64,000 nucleotides of DNA from a bacterium. GTDB lineage: Bacteria > SAR324 > NAC60-12. Position numbers and translations under genes: made by a program. Positions 40,001-49,799 of this stretch are shown here, one piece after another. The stretch is taken from NCBI GenBank assembly GCA_965205865.1, contig CBDBHR010000025.1, positions 128,001 through 192,000 on the forward strand, read 5' to 3'. Position 1 is the stretch's first letter. Each line of letters opens with the position of its first letter. The notes beneath the pieces were generated by a model, which worked only from the letters and a program-made list of their open reading frames with translations, was not told the DNA's origin and did not search any database.

Positions 40001-40918
40001 TTGAACCCTCATCAATACTTTGAGTCCATCGATCAAGTGCAACATTCGTTGCAATCGCAAAATTACGTGTCGGATCGTAGTCTGACCACTTCTATTTACC
40101 TGGCGTTGAAACTGGGAAAACCGCTCTTTCTGGAAGGAGAAGCTGGTGTTGGAAAAACGGAGATTGCCAAAGTCCTTGCTACCATGCTCGAACGTGCCTT
40201 GATTCGTTTGCAATGTTATGAAGGGTTGGATGTCAACACTGCTGTTTATGAGTGGAATTATACGCGGCAAATGCTTGAAATTCGACTCTTGGAAGCAACA
40301 GGAGAGGTCAGTCAGAAACAAGCCCTGGATAAAATTTTTGGTCCGGAATTTTTACTCAAGCGACCTCTTCTGCAAGCGATTGAACCGATCAACGGCGTGG
40401 AACCGGTTTTGCTGATTGATGAATTGGATCGCGCCGATGAGGAATTTGAAGCATTTCTTTTAGAACTCTTGTCGGATTTCCAAGTCACGGTTCCGGAAAT
40501 TGGAACGCTCAAGGCTGAAAAACCGCCGGTGGTGATTATCACGTCCAACCGGACCCGGGAAATCCATGATGCCTTGAAACGCCGTTGCCTGTATCACTGG
40601 ATCGGCTATCCATCCTTTGAAAAAGAATACAATATCGTACTGGCTAAAGTGCCTGAAGCTCCGGAACAATTGGCAAAAGAAGTTGTGGTCTTTGTCCAGG
40701 AGTTAAGGCAGGTCGAACTGTACAAGCTTCCGGGAGTGGCCGAAACGCTGGATTGGATCTCTGCGCTTGTGGCACTGGACCGGGAAGATCTCAGTGAAGA
40801 GGCGGTCAACGACACATTGGGAGTATTGCTCAAATATCAGGACGACATCCTGCAGACCCAGGGAGCCCTTGTCCAACAAATCATGGGCCGGGTCAATGGC
40901 CATGCCGGGGAAGCATGA
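40001..40918 (+). CDS. coxD: MoxR-family AAA+ ATPase
   Basis: LEGEAGVGKT, RLQCYEG, LLIDELDRAD, DALKRRC. Confidence 0.9.
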   Translation: MNPHQYFESIDQVQHSLQSQNYVSDRSLTTSIYLALKLGKPLFLEGEAGVGKTEIAKVLATMLERALIRLQCYEGLDVNTAVYEWNYTRQMLEIRLLEATGEVSQKQALDKIFGPEFLLKRPLLQAIEPINGVEPVLLIDELDRADEEFEAFLLELLSDFQVTVPEIGTLKAEKPPVVIITSNRTREIHDALKRRCLYHWIGYPSFEKEYNIVLAKVPEAPEQLAKEVVVFVQELRQVELYKLPGVAETLDWISALVALDREDLSEEAVNDTLGVLLKYQDDILQTQGALVQQIMGRVNGHAGEA

Positions 40919-42105
40919 GTGAAAACGAGCAGGGGCATTTACTGAGAAATTTCCTGTTATTTGGGAGGTTACTGCGTGGATTGGGTGCGCCAATCACCCT
41001 CACGCAGATTTTAGATATGGTGGAAGCTTTGCGCCATGTTGAGCTGCGCTCTCGCGAAGATTTCAAAAACAGCGCCCGCACTCTCCTCATAAACAAGCAC
41101 GAATACATACCTCTCTTTGACCGGGCATTCGACTTGTTCTGGCAGGCCCGCGACGAAGGAAGGCTCCTGAATTTGGATCTGAGAAAGCTGGCTCCTCGAC
41201 CTCCGGAATTGAAAAAAGTTATTGAGTTTACTCCCTTCAACGACAACGAACAAATCAGCCCTGAAAGCGAATCCAACGAAACGATAATTGACACCATCCA
41301 AACCTTCAGCATCCGGGAAGCGCTGCGTCAGAAAGATTTTGCCGATCTCACTCCAGTGGAACTCGAAGAAGTCAAACAGTTGATTCAGTCCATGAATTGG
41401 AACTTGGAGCAGCGGCGCACCCGACGAAGAGCTCGGGCACCACGCAAAGTCTATTTGGACATGCGTCGTACCTTCCGTCACAATCTTCGTTTTGGAGGAG
41501 AAATCCTTCAGTTAACCTGGCGCGACCGCAAATTGAAACGCCGTCCACTTGTGGTCATTTGCGACATCAGTGGTTCAATGGATCGTTACTCTCGGGTCTT
41601 GCTCAAGTTTATCTATGCTCTCAGCAACGGTCCGGACCATGTAGAGGCTTTTGTTTTCAGTACTCAGCTGACACGTATTACCCGTCAGATTCGCGGTCAT
41701 GATATCGATGATGCCTTGGATCATGCCACTGCCTCAATTCATGACTGGGCCGGGGGGACCCGGATTGGTGAAGTGTTAAAAACTTTCAATTATCAATGGG
41801 GACGGCGGGTGCTGGGACAAGGAGCCGTTGTGCTCATCATCAGCGATGGCTGGGATCGAGGTGACCCGCAGGTGCTTGGTCACGAACTGAGTCGCCTGCA
41901 ACTCAGTTCTCAACGTTTGATATGGCTCAATCCACTCTTGGGGTCCGCAAATTACGAACCCCTCACACGTGGCATGCAAGCAGCGCTTCCTTATATTGAC
42001 GATTTTCTACCAATTCACAATCTGGCAAGTTTGGAACAACTGGGATATTTGTTCGCGCGATTGGGAGAACGCAAACCCGCCCGTCGGCACCAAGCCGGTC
42101 TTTGA
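40915..42105 (+). CDS. coxE: VWA-domain protein
   Basis: CDISGSM MIDAS, W.GGTRIG, ISDGWDRG, WLNPL. Confidence 0.9.
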   Translation: MSENEQGHLLRNFLLFGRLLRGLGAPITLTQILDMVEALRHVELRSREDFKNSARTLLINKHEYIPLFDRAFDLFWQARDEGRLLNLDLRKLAPRPPELKKVIEFTPFNDNEQISPESESNETIIDTIQTFSIREALRQKDFADLTPVELEEVKQLIQSMNWNLEQRRTRRRARAPRKVYLDMRRTFRHNLRFGGEILQLTWRDRKLKRRPLVVICDISGSMDRYSRVLLKFIYALSNGPDHVEAFVFSTQLTRITRQIRGHDIDDALDHATASIHDWAGGTRIGEVLKTFNYQWGRRVLGQGAVVLIISDGWDRGDPQVLGHELSRLQLSSQRLIWLNPLLGSANYEPLTRGMQAALPYIDDFLPIHNLASLEQLGYLFARLGERKPARRHQAGL

Positions 42106-42174
42106 ACCCCTTCGGATAAAACTCGGTTCAGGATTTCTAAAGCACTTTATTTGAGATGACTACCCTGGACATCG

Positions 42175-43617
42175 TTACCAGGCGTTGTAAGAAACAGAGG
42201 AATCGGAATGCAATTCGCCGTCCCGCGTTAAATGAGGAAGCAGCCATTGCGGAATGCCCAAAGCGCCGTTAAAATTTGTTTCTTGCAACAATGCGTTTTG
42301 GAGTTGGATGTCACGGATGCGGGATTGACGTAGCAAAGTCGAGGTCAGAGATGCACGGTTGAGATTGGCCTGTACGAGAAAAGCGCCGCTCAAGTCCGTC
42401 TGAAACAGACTGGCGCCGTGCAAATCGGCCTGGTAGAGAAAGGCACCCACGGCTTTGGCTCTGTCTAGATTGGTTTGGCAGGCAATCACGCTTTCCAGGT
42501 TGGCACCTTGCAAATTAGCCCCTCTTAGATTCGCACGGATCAACTTTGCATTTTTCAGATTGGCTTTTAGGAGCAGCACCCGCTGCAAATCCACTTGTTC
42601 CAAATTGCTTCCTTCCAAATTCGCCTTGCTCATATCGACGCCTTTGAAAGAAGATCCTCTCAAATTCAAACCCGACAAGTCAGCTTCCCTGAAATTGCAA
42701 TGGGAGTAGTCGCGCCGAGCACGGGGCGTATCACATTGTCCTTTGGGTAGTGGAGCTTTCTTTTTCATCTTCAGAGTTGCACCCCATTTCTGCGTGTCAC
42801 AAATAAAATTGGGAGTTGTCATTCTGGAAATTTGTTTTCCAGGAAGCGAAGATGTTTCTTTTTGGAGGTCAGCGGCAGAGATTTGATGCTTTAAAATAGC
42901 AGATGAGTTGGGAATTTGCTCCTGTTTATTGAGCTTCGTAAACCGACGCCTGGCATTCAAATCACCGTTTTCAATCGCCTTGCGATACCAAAAGATTGCC
43001 TTTTTTTCATTCTTCTCAACATTTATTCCCCGTTCATACATCAGCCCTACATAATACTGGGCGGGTGGATGGGATTGCAGGGCTGATTTTTCAAACCATT
43101 TGAAAGCTTCGGCGAAATTCTGAGCTACTCCTCGACCAAAATAATACATAAACCCCAGGTAATACTGGGAGGCCGCATGACCTTTTTCAGCAGCATTGAA
43201 AAACCACTCTACCGCATTCGCATAGTCCTGGGAGGTCCCTTTCCCATAATAATGCATGAACCCGGTATAATATTGAGCCTCTGTGTGGTCTTTCCTGGCA
43301 GCTTGTTCAAACCACTGGTGGGCAATATTGTAGTTTTGGGCAACACCACGCCCATGGTAATAAATCAAGCCCATCGCATATTGAGCAGAAACATTTCCCT
43401 GTTGGGCAGCATTTTGATAGCGCTGCAATATGATCTCATATTTTGGCGAATTTTCACTGTCCGGAGACTGGGAACTCAGGGAGGACCGGCTACTGGCTTC
43501 AGCATTTTGGGTTTGTCCCCAAACTTGGCAGCTTCCGATGCCAAGAAACACAAGAATCAAGCAAAGTTTCTTCAAAATATTGCAATCTCGGATCAGGATG
43601 AAGACCTCTCCCGTCAT
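42175..43617 (-). CDS. Exported Sel1-repeat + pentapeptide-repeat protein
   Basis: Four AQY.(L/M/T/V)G..Y..G.G....A..W Sel1 units; C-terminal A(D/N)Lxx repeats; N-terminal hydrophobic segment. Confidence 0.88.
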   Translation of the reverse strand: MTGEVFILIRDCNILKKLCLILVFLGIGSCQVWGQTQNAEASSRSSLSSQSPDSENSPKYEIILQRYQNAAQQGNVSAQYAMGLIYYHGRGVAQNYNIAHQWFEQAARKDHTEAQYYTGFMHYYGKGTSQDYANAVEWFFNAAEKGHAASQYYLGFMYYFGRGVAQNFAEAFKWFEKSALQSHPPAQYYVGLMYERGINVEKNEKKAIFWYRKAIENGDLNARRRFTKLNKQEQIPNSSAILKHQISAADLQKETSSLPGKQISRMTTPNFICDTQKWGATLKMKKKAPLPKGQCDTPRARRDYSHCNFREADLSGLNLRGSSFKGVDMSKANLEGSNLEQVDLQRVLLLKANLKNAKLIRANLRGANLQGANLESVIACQTNLDRAKAVGAFLYQADLHGASLFQTDLSGAFLVQANLNRASLTSTLLRQSRIRDIQLQNALLQETNFNGALGIPQWLLPHLTRDGELHSDSSVSYNAW

Positions 43618-43651
43618 AAACTGACCAGTTCTGATATAGCTGATGTCATAT

Positions 43652-45835
43652 TCACAGAGGTTCAGAAAAATCTGCTCCTCTTTTCACCGTTGTCGAAGGC
43701 AGCGCCAAGGGTAGTTCGATAACCATCTCGGTGAACTCGCCGGTTTCGGAGTGGACCTGGATGGAACCGCCATGTTCACGCACAATGTCATTGGACAGGG
43801 CAAGGCCTAGCCCTGTACCCTTGTCCGTCGGTTTGGTGGTAAAGAACGGGTTGAAGATTTTATCGATGATGTCGGAGGGAATCCCGCTCCCATTGTCTCG
43901 TATGCGGACTTCGACTTGGTTTTCTAAACGCCGGGTCACCAATGACAGCGTGGGGTCGTAGTTTTCGACGTCCGCCAATCCGGTTTGGGCAGCACGTCTT
44001 TTCTCGTCAGTGGCATGGCAGGCGTTACTCACCATATTTAGGAAGACGCGGCCCATTTCCTGTGGAACGACCTCGATCTTGCCCATTTCCGGGTCGAAAT
44101 CCATCTTCATAGTCATGTTGAAGTCCGGGTCGGTCGCTCGGGCGCTGTGGTAGGCGAGTTTTGTGTTTTGATCAAGCAGGCTGTTGATGTCAGTAGGCTG
44201 TGACTCACCCGATCCTCTTCCCATCATAAGCATGTTGCGCACAATCGAGTTGGCGCGGTCGCCGTGTTCACAAATGCGCTTAAAGTTCGCAGTGAGGTCT
44301 TGACAGATCTCGTTTATCAATTCCCGCTGGTCCTCACTCAATTGCTCTTTGTTTTCGGGGAGGGTCTCCAGCAGTTCTTCCAACAGTTCTCCCGAGACCT
44401 CGGAGAAATTTTTCACGAAGTTCAGTGGATTCCTGATCTCATGGGCTACTCCCGCGGTAAGTTCGCCGAGCGCTGCCAGTTTCTCACGCATGACGATTTG
44501 GTTCTGGGCCTGACGCAAATCCGCCAGCACCTTTTCAAGTTCGGAATTCTTGCCCTGTAGTTCTTCGGCCAGCTTCTCCACCAAGTTCAGGCGCTGGACC
44601 TCGAGGGCGTGTCGGCGGAAAACTTCAAGGGCCGCGGCCATGTCAGCGACCTCGTCGCGTCCACCGATATCTACACTGGTTTCCAAGTCGCCATCGGCCA
44701 TGCGGCGCATTCGATCCGACAGCCGTTCGAGGCGCCGTAACAACACTCGACCGACGAACAAATAGGCGATCAACGCCGCCCCGATGATGCTGATCACGTT
44801 CAGCGCAAGAAGTAAACTGCGTCCTGTGAGGATGGCTTGGTTAGATGCGAGGGTGGCATCCTGGGCGCGGGCGCGGGCGGAGTTCACCAGACCTTCGACT
44901 TCAGCTACCAAATCGATAGCGAGGCTGCGATTGCGGGCGAGTAAATTTTGCTGGCGTCCGGCTAGTTTGAGCTCTCGGACGCGCATATCGAATCCTCCCT
45001 GCTCCCCCAGACCCAACAGGAATAACTGGGGCAGGACCACGGCGATCTGGTTGTGCGAAGGAGCTGTTCCGAGTGCTGCCAGATTCCACTTGATCCTGCG
45101 TGCTGCCGCTTCGAAGCGCTCCCGCAGGGGTTCGATCAAAGGGGCGTCCAAAAGATTGAAGCCGCTGGTGAGAAGTTGGATCGCGATGGTGGCGTCCGCC
45201 TTCAATTCGACCAGGTGGCGATAGCGGTCGAACTCCTCCTCCGAGAAGTGTTGCTCTCGCGATGCGGAAGATTCTCCAAGGTTTCGGTATCCGGTCATTG
45301 CGTAGAAAAACTGATCGTCGATGGCCGGAACCAGGATGCCTATCAACTGGTTGCGCATCTCGGCCAATTCCAAGCGCAGAGCTTCGCTACTCTTTGTCAG
45401 CATAAAACGTTCGGCTACCGAATCCTCAATTGCCTCGATATTCGATATCAGCAGGTTAGCTTGGGAACGAATGCGTTTGAAGTGCTCCGTTTCTCCACCT
45501 TGTCGTACCAAGGCTGCCAACTGTGCTTCAAAGGCGCTCCGTTTTTCGGAGATTTCGGTCGCGACCCTGGTAAACTCCTCCGACGTCGCCGCGGTCGTCA
45601 GACGGGGGGCAGCAGCCACCAAGGCGCTGCTCTGCTGAGCGACTCCGAAAGCTGCCGCCATCTCAGGTACGCTGCCGTCATTCACACGGCGCTGGGCGTC
45701 GCCCACCCGGTTGAAGGAGAACCAGCCGATCAAACTCGCGCTCATGGTGAGAACGACGGCTCCACCGATGCCCAGGTAAAGCTGTGCCGCAATACGGAAG
45801 CGACCCTCTAGCAGATGTTTCAATAGACCGCTCAT
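43652..45835 (-). CDS. Membrane sensor histidine kinase (helical TorS-like periplasmic domain, HAMP, HisKA, HATPase)
   Basis: Two TM segments, GVAHEIRNPLNF, DNGSGI, FFTTK, GTGLGL. TorS resemblance is by eye only. Confidence 0.9.
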   Translation of the reverse strand: MSGLLKHLLEGRFRIAAQLYLGIGGAVVLTMSASLIGWFSFNRVGDAQRRVNDGSVPEMAAAFGVAQQSSALVAAAPRLTTAATSEEFTRVATEISEKRSAFEAQLAALVRQGGETEHFKRIRSQANLLISNIEAIEDSVAERFMLTKSSEALRLELAEMRNQLIGILVPAIDDQFFYAMTGYRNLGESSASREQHFSEEEFDRYRHLVELKADATIAIQLLTSGFNLLDAPLIEPLRERFEAAARRIKWNLAALGTAPSHNQIAVVLPQLFLLGLGEQGGFDMRVRELKLAGRQQNLLARNRSLAIDLVAEVEGLVNSARARAQDATLASNQAILTGRSLLLALNVISIIGAALIAYLFVGRVLLRRLERLSDRMRRMADGDLETSVDIGGRDEVADMAAALEVFRRHALEVQRLNLVEKLAEELQGKNSELEKVLADLRQAQNQIVMREKLAALGELTAGVAHEIRNPLNFVKNFSEVSGELLEELLETLPENKEQLSEDQRELINEICQDLTANFKRICEHGDRANSIVRNMLMMGRGSGESQPTDINSLLDQNTKLAYHSARATDPDFNMTMKMDFDPEMGKIEVVPQEMGRVFLNMVSNACHATDEKRRAAQTGLADVENYDPTLSLVTRRLENQVEVRIRDNGSGIPSDIIDKIFNPFFTTKPTDKGTGLGLALSNDIVREHGGSIQVHSETGEFTEMVIELPLALPSTTVKRGADFSEPL

Positions 45836-46995
45836 GGCTGTATTTCTTCCCGTAGCGTGTCAATCGAGCGATAACGGCCATCCATACCGATCACAGTGAG
45901 GAAAACCGCATCCGAACCCTGGTTGTCATTATCTCCATAATGGAGCTTAAAACCGTCAAGGTCGATGATTTCAGCACGCCGCAAACCGTTGAGCAAGCAA
46001 GTTCGATTAATTTCCGGACCACAGCGTTCGAGGGCAGCGATGGCCAATCGACCTGCCAAGTAACCTTCGAAAGAGACGAAACCGGGAACCAGCTTGGAAT
46101 CGTAGGCTCTCAGAGCCTGGCGATAGACCGCAGCGACCCGGAGCGTGTCGTCCCTCGGAAAAGGCACTACTTGGGTGACAAAGACCCCGGTTCCGGCGGG
46201 ACCGAGCATCTGGGCCAACGCGTTGCTACCCACGAAAGAGATGGTCATGAAGACAGGCTCCCAACCCGTGTGCCGCGCCCAGGCAATCAGCGTCGCCACC
46301 GGCTGGTAGGCCCCGATCAGGATCACCGCGCCCGGGTTGGCGCTGCGCAGATCAAGAAGAGCCGTCTTCACGGCAGTGGTATTTCGTGGGTACGCCCCAA
46401 TCGCCACCGGCTCCAAGCTGCGTCGCTCGAGTGCTTTCCGAACACCGAGATATCCAACCAGGCCGAAAGAATCATCCTGGTATACCACGGCGATGCGTTC
46501 GATTCCCAAATCCATTGTCAAGCGAGCGACCATGGTCTCGGTTTCCTGGTCGTATGACGCTCGCAGGTTGATCACGTTTTGTAATTTTGCCTGGCGCAGG
46601 AAGGCAGCTCCGGTAAAGGGAGCAATGTAGGGCACGTTCGCAGCCGCGGCCACAGGCGTGGCAGAACGCGAAGTAGGCGTGCCGACGGCGCCTATCAGCG
46701 CGAAAACTCCTTCCTTCTCGATTAGCCGGCGGGTATTGGCGATAGCGGCTTCCGGTTCATAGGCATCGTCAAGAGACAACAGTTTCAGCAGCCGACCGTG
46801 GACACCGCCCCGCTTATTCGCTTCCTGAAAAGCTGCCTGAATACCATACCGCATGTTCTTGCCCAGTTCTCCGGCAGGTCCACTGAAGGCAGCGGATTGG
46901 CCGAAGAGGATGTGTTTATCAAAGATTCCAGCTTCTTCCGCACGAGTTCCCGTCACCATGCTGAGCGCTATAAAAAGCACAGCTGCGCATCTCAT
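45832..46995 (-). CDS. Periplasmic ligand-binding protein (LivK/PBP1 family)
   Basis: Signal peptide; GQSAAFSGPA, GGVHGR, LDDAYEP, NLRASY..E. Confidence 0.9.
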   Translation of the reverse strand: MRCAAVLFIALSMVTGTRAEEAGIFDKHILFGQSAAFSGPAGELGKNMRYGIQAAFQEANKRGGVHGRLLKLLSLDDAYEPEAAIANTRRLIEKEGVFALIGAVGTPTSRSATPVAAAANVPYIAPFTGAAFLRQAKLQNVINLRASYDQETETMVARLTMDLGIERIAVVYQDDSFGLVGYLGVRKALERRSLEPVAIGAYPRNTTAVKTALLDLRSANPGAVILIGAYQPVATLIAWARHTGWEPVFMTISFVGSNALAQMLGPAGTGVFVTQVVPFPRDDTLRVAAVYRQALRAYDSKLVPGFVSFEGYLAGRLAIAALERCGPEINRTCLLNGLRRAEIIDLDGFKLHYGDNDNQGSDAVFLTVIGMDGRYRSIDTLREEIQP

Positions 46996-47414
46996 GCATT
47001 TCTCCGTTTAATCAGGGTCAGGTGGTTTCTGTCCTGCTCACGCCGATAGTACAGTTCGTCCATTATGGAACGCACCAGATGGATGCCGAGACCTCCTATC
47101 GGGCGATCTTCAATCACCGCTTCCAGGTCGGGCCCGGGGGCGTCGCTCAGTGGATTGAAAGCTCGGCCATCGTCTGTAATCTCAACGGTAAGGGCGTTTG
47201 AATCCCAGGCCAATGTGACCTTGATCTCATGGGTCCGATTGCTTTCGCATCCATAGTTCACGATGTTCGCTCCCAATTCCTCGAGGACGAGGATGACCTG
47301 GTACGCCAGATCGGGCGACCAATTCGCAGTCTGCGCGAATTCTTCCACGCTGTCACGAATTCGCACCAGTCCTTCGAGATTCGCTTCAACACACAGGGTC
47401 TGTTCCACGCTCAT
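46992..47414 (-). CDS. RsbW-like anti-sigma factor / Ser kinase
   Basis: LEEL.ANIVNYG, DDGRAFNPL, RPIGGLGIHLV. Confidence 0.9.
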   Translation of the reverse strand: MSVEQTLCVEANLEGLVRIRDSVEEFAQTANWSPDLAYQVILVLEELGANIVNYGCESNRTHEIKVTLAWDSNALTVEITDDGRAFNPLSDAPGPDLEAVIEDRPIGGLGIHLVRSIMDELYYRREQDRNHLTLIKRRNA

Positions 47415-47429
47415 GTTTCGGTCTCTACA

Positions 47430-47463
47430 CCCCCTTTGCCAAAAAGGGGACTCAGGGGGATTT
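47430..47463. repeat. REP-like CCCCCTTT-N-AAAGGGG...AGGGGGATTT element overlapping a stop codon
   Basis: Hairpin plus GGGGGATTT tail; supplies the last codons (KSP*) of the phosphatase gene. Confidence 0.55.
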
Positions 47464-48612
47464 TAAGAGGGTCAGACAGGTGATGTCGTCGGACTGGGGT
47501 ATTTCACCCGTGAAGGCATGTACGGCTTCGAAGACAGCTTGGTTCGCTTTTTTTGCGTCGTTCGACCGCGCTCCCGCAAAAATCCTGCGCAGGCGTTTCA
47601 TCCCAAATTCCTCTTCTTGTTCGTTCATGGCTTCAGTGACGCCATCGGTGTAGAGCACGAGGATTTCGCCGGGCGACAAGGAGATCACGTTTTGTTCGTA
47701 GCGGATGTCCGGCATCACTCCCAAGGCGATTCCGCCGGTCTGGGGGAGCACGGTCGAACTTCCGTCCACATGGATGATTAGCGGGGAATTATGCCCCCCG
47801 TTGGCGTACGCGAGTTGGCCGTTTGCCGGGTCAAACACGGCATAAAACATAGTGACGAACATCGTCACGTTGTTGTCTTCCTCCAGCAGCCGATTGACCT
47901 CGCCCAGGACTTCACCAGGTTCCAGGCTGCCAATGGCCGCACCTTTCAATAGGGTGCGACTGGACATCATGAACAAAGCAGCCGGGACCCCCTTATCGGA
48001 GACGTCGGCAATCGCCAAGCCAATGCGGCCGTGATCCAAGACCACCACATCGAAGAAGTCTCCACCCACTTCGCGCGCAGGTTCCATATTTCCGAACACC
48101 TGATAGCCAGGTTTCTCGGGGAAACTGGTTGGCAGGATCGACTGCTGCATCTGGCTTGCGACGTGAAGTTCGTTCTGCAACACTACCAGCTTGTCTCGTG
48201 AGGCCAATGCCTCGCGCCACAAGGTCAGTTGGCGCAGGGTCCGGTTGATGGTGACCCGCAGATCCTGGAAGTCGATGGGTTTGGTGATGAAATCGAATGC
48301 TCCCCGGTTCATGGCCGTTCGGATGTTTTTCATGTCTCCATACGCCGAGACGATCACGGAACGGACGTCGGGGTCGACTTTTGGAATCTGCTCGAGAAGA
48401 GTGAGGCCATCCATTTGTGGCATATTGATATCCGTGAGCACCATGTCGATATCTTGGTCTTGGTTCAGCAGTTCGAGAGCCTCGACGCCGTTGTGAGCAA
48501 AGGCGAAAGAGTAGAGACCGTCGCGCACGTCCCGGCGCATGCGTTGCCGCACGAGATGTTCGAGGTCGGGTTCATCGTCTACAACGAGGATCTTGTATTG
48601 TGCTTGAATCAT
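47452..48612 (-). CDS. Response regulator with PP2C (RsbU/SpoIIE) phosphatase output
   Basis: Receiver VVDD...TDINMP; VGGDFFD, IADVSDKG, YTDGVTEA, DDIT. Confidence 0.93.
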   Translation of the reverse strand: MIQAQYKILVVDDEPDLEHLVRQRMRRDVRDGLYSFAFAHNGVEALELLNQDQDIDMVLTDINMPQMDGLTLLEQIPKVDPDVRSVIVSAYGDMKNIRTAMNRGAFDFITKPIDFQDLRVTINRTLRQLTLWREALASRDKLVVLQNELHVASQMQQSILPTSFPEKPGYQVFGNMEPAREVGGDFFDVVVLDHGRIGLAIADVSDKGVPAALFMMSSRTLLKGAAIGSLEPGEVLGEVNRLLEEDNNVTMFVTMFYAVFDPANGQLAYANGGHNSPLIIHVDGSSTVLPQTGGIALGVMPDIRYEQNVISLSPGEILVLYTDGVTEAMNEQEEEFGMKRLRRIFAGARSNDAKKANQAVFEAVHAFTGEIPQSDDITCLTLLKSP

Positions 48613-48782
48613 TTAACGTTATGGATAGTGATTGGCTGTACTGGTACATGACAATATACGTATATGCGTATCGTTCCCACGTTCCTTGTCCCAAAGGCCA
48701 CAGAAAGTAAGCATTCCGACTGGAATCGTGGAAGCGATAATTTTCCTGCTTATCGTCGTGTAGTACAACTCTGAAATAAAAT

Positions 48783-49121
48783 CTAGCCACCGAGTGCGGC
48801 GAGCGCTTCCGGCCGGGTTTCGTGGACCGGAATGATCCTGTCAAAACCACTGATCTTGAAGACCTCCCTTATGGGATCGGAGAGCGAGCAGAGTACAAAT
48901 TCCGCATCACGTTTCCTGAGAGTCTTAGCGATCAGCAAAATGACCCGAAGTCCTGCGCTACTAATGTAGGAGAGGTCTTCAAGGTCCAAGATCAAGCTGC
49001 GGTCGTCGTCTCTGATTGCAGCACTCAGGGCATTCTCGAACTCGCGAGCATTGCCACCATCGATCCGGCCTTCCACCTTTGTAATCAAGGTTCCATTTTT
49101 TCGTTCTACGTTAATCCGCAT
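48783..49121 (-). CDS. STAS anti-anti-sigma factor (RsbV-like)
   Basis: GRID, LDLEDLSYISSAGLRVIL, VFKISGF. Confidence 0.92.
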   Translation of the reverse strand: MRINVERKNGTLITKVEGRIDGGNAREFENALSAAIRDDDRSLILDLEDLSYISSAGLRVILLIAKTLRKRDAEFVLCSLSDPIREVFKISGFDRIIPVHETRPEALAALGG

Positions 49122-49799
49122 TGGTCTTTTATCCTGATATGTGTGAGTTATTTCGAATGGATTGGGGTGTATCTGCCTGGCAGGAAGCGCACCGAGAGAA
49201 AGACCAGGATTTCGATCTTCACCATATGTTCATTTCACAATTGTCAGAAGCGCTATTAGCAATATCTCTGAACCAGATCTTGTAAAATTGAAAAATAAAG
49301 GCTGCATGCTTCCATCTCTTTATTATGCAACAAAGCTAAGATAAACTACGGAACCTGTCCTTGCAACATATTTCTTGTCCTGCTTTGATCGATCTGAAAA
49401 GTCTGGTTTTTCTCTTCGGAAAATTCGCTTTCGTCAGGTATATCACCTTACCGCCGATGGAGTGAAAGGAGTTATATTAAAATTCGGGGGATGGCCATTC
49501 AGGCGGCGATCCTGTTTTTAGCAATTTCATCGACAAATGGTACTCCCTATCAACGCGACAAAATTCTTCCAGTCTTCGACGCCACTGATGAAAATAAGAA
49601 GCGCACGGAAACCTGACTGGAGCAGAACAATCATCACGGAAATGAACCGCCGACCAACCGAGGACGGAATACAACATTCAGATGGAAACCGACAATCCGC
49701 AATTGTCCCGTGCTGAAATTCGTGACGAATCGATCGATTTGGGCGCCAGAATCATCAACACGATTCCCATCCAAACCTTCATTCTCAATCCGGATGTGA

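Noticed and set aside
49348-49366. Sigma-54 promoter CGGAAC...TTGCA
   Set aside because: GG-to-GC spacing is 11 rather than 10, and no clear gene follows on that strand.
49440-49799. Short ORFs after the metal permease
   Set aside because: Fragmentary, with no recognisable motif or RBS; possibly a decayed gene but not supportable.
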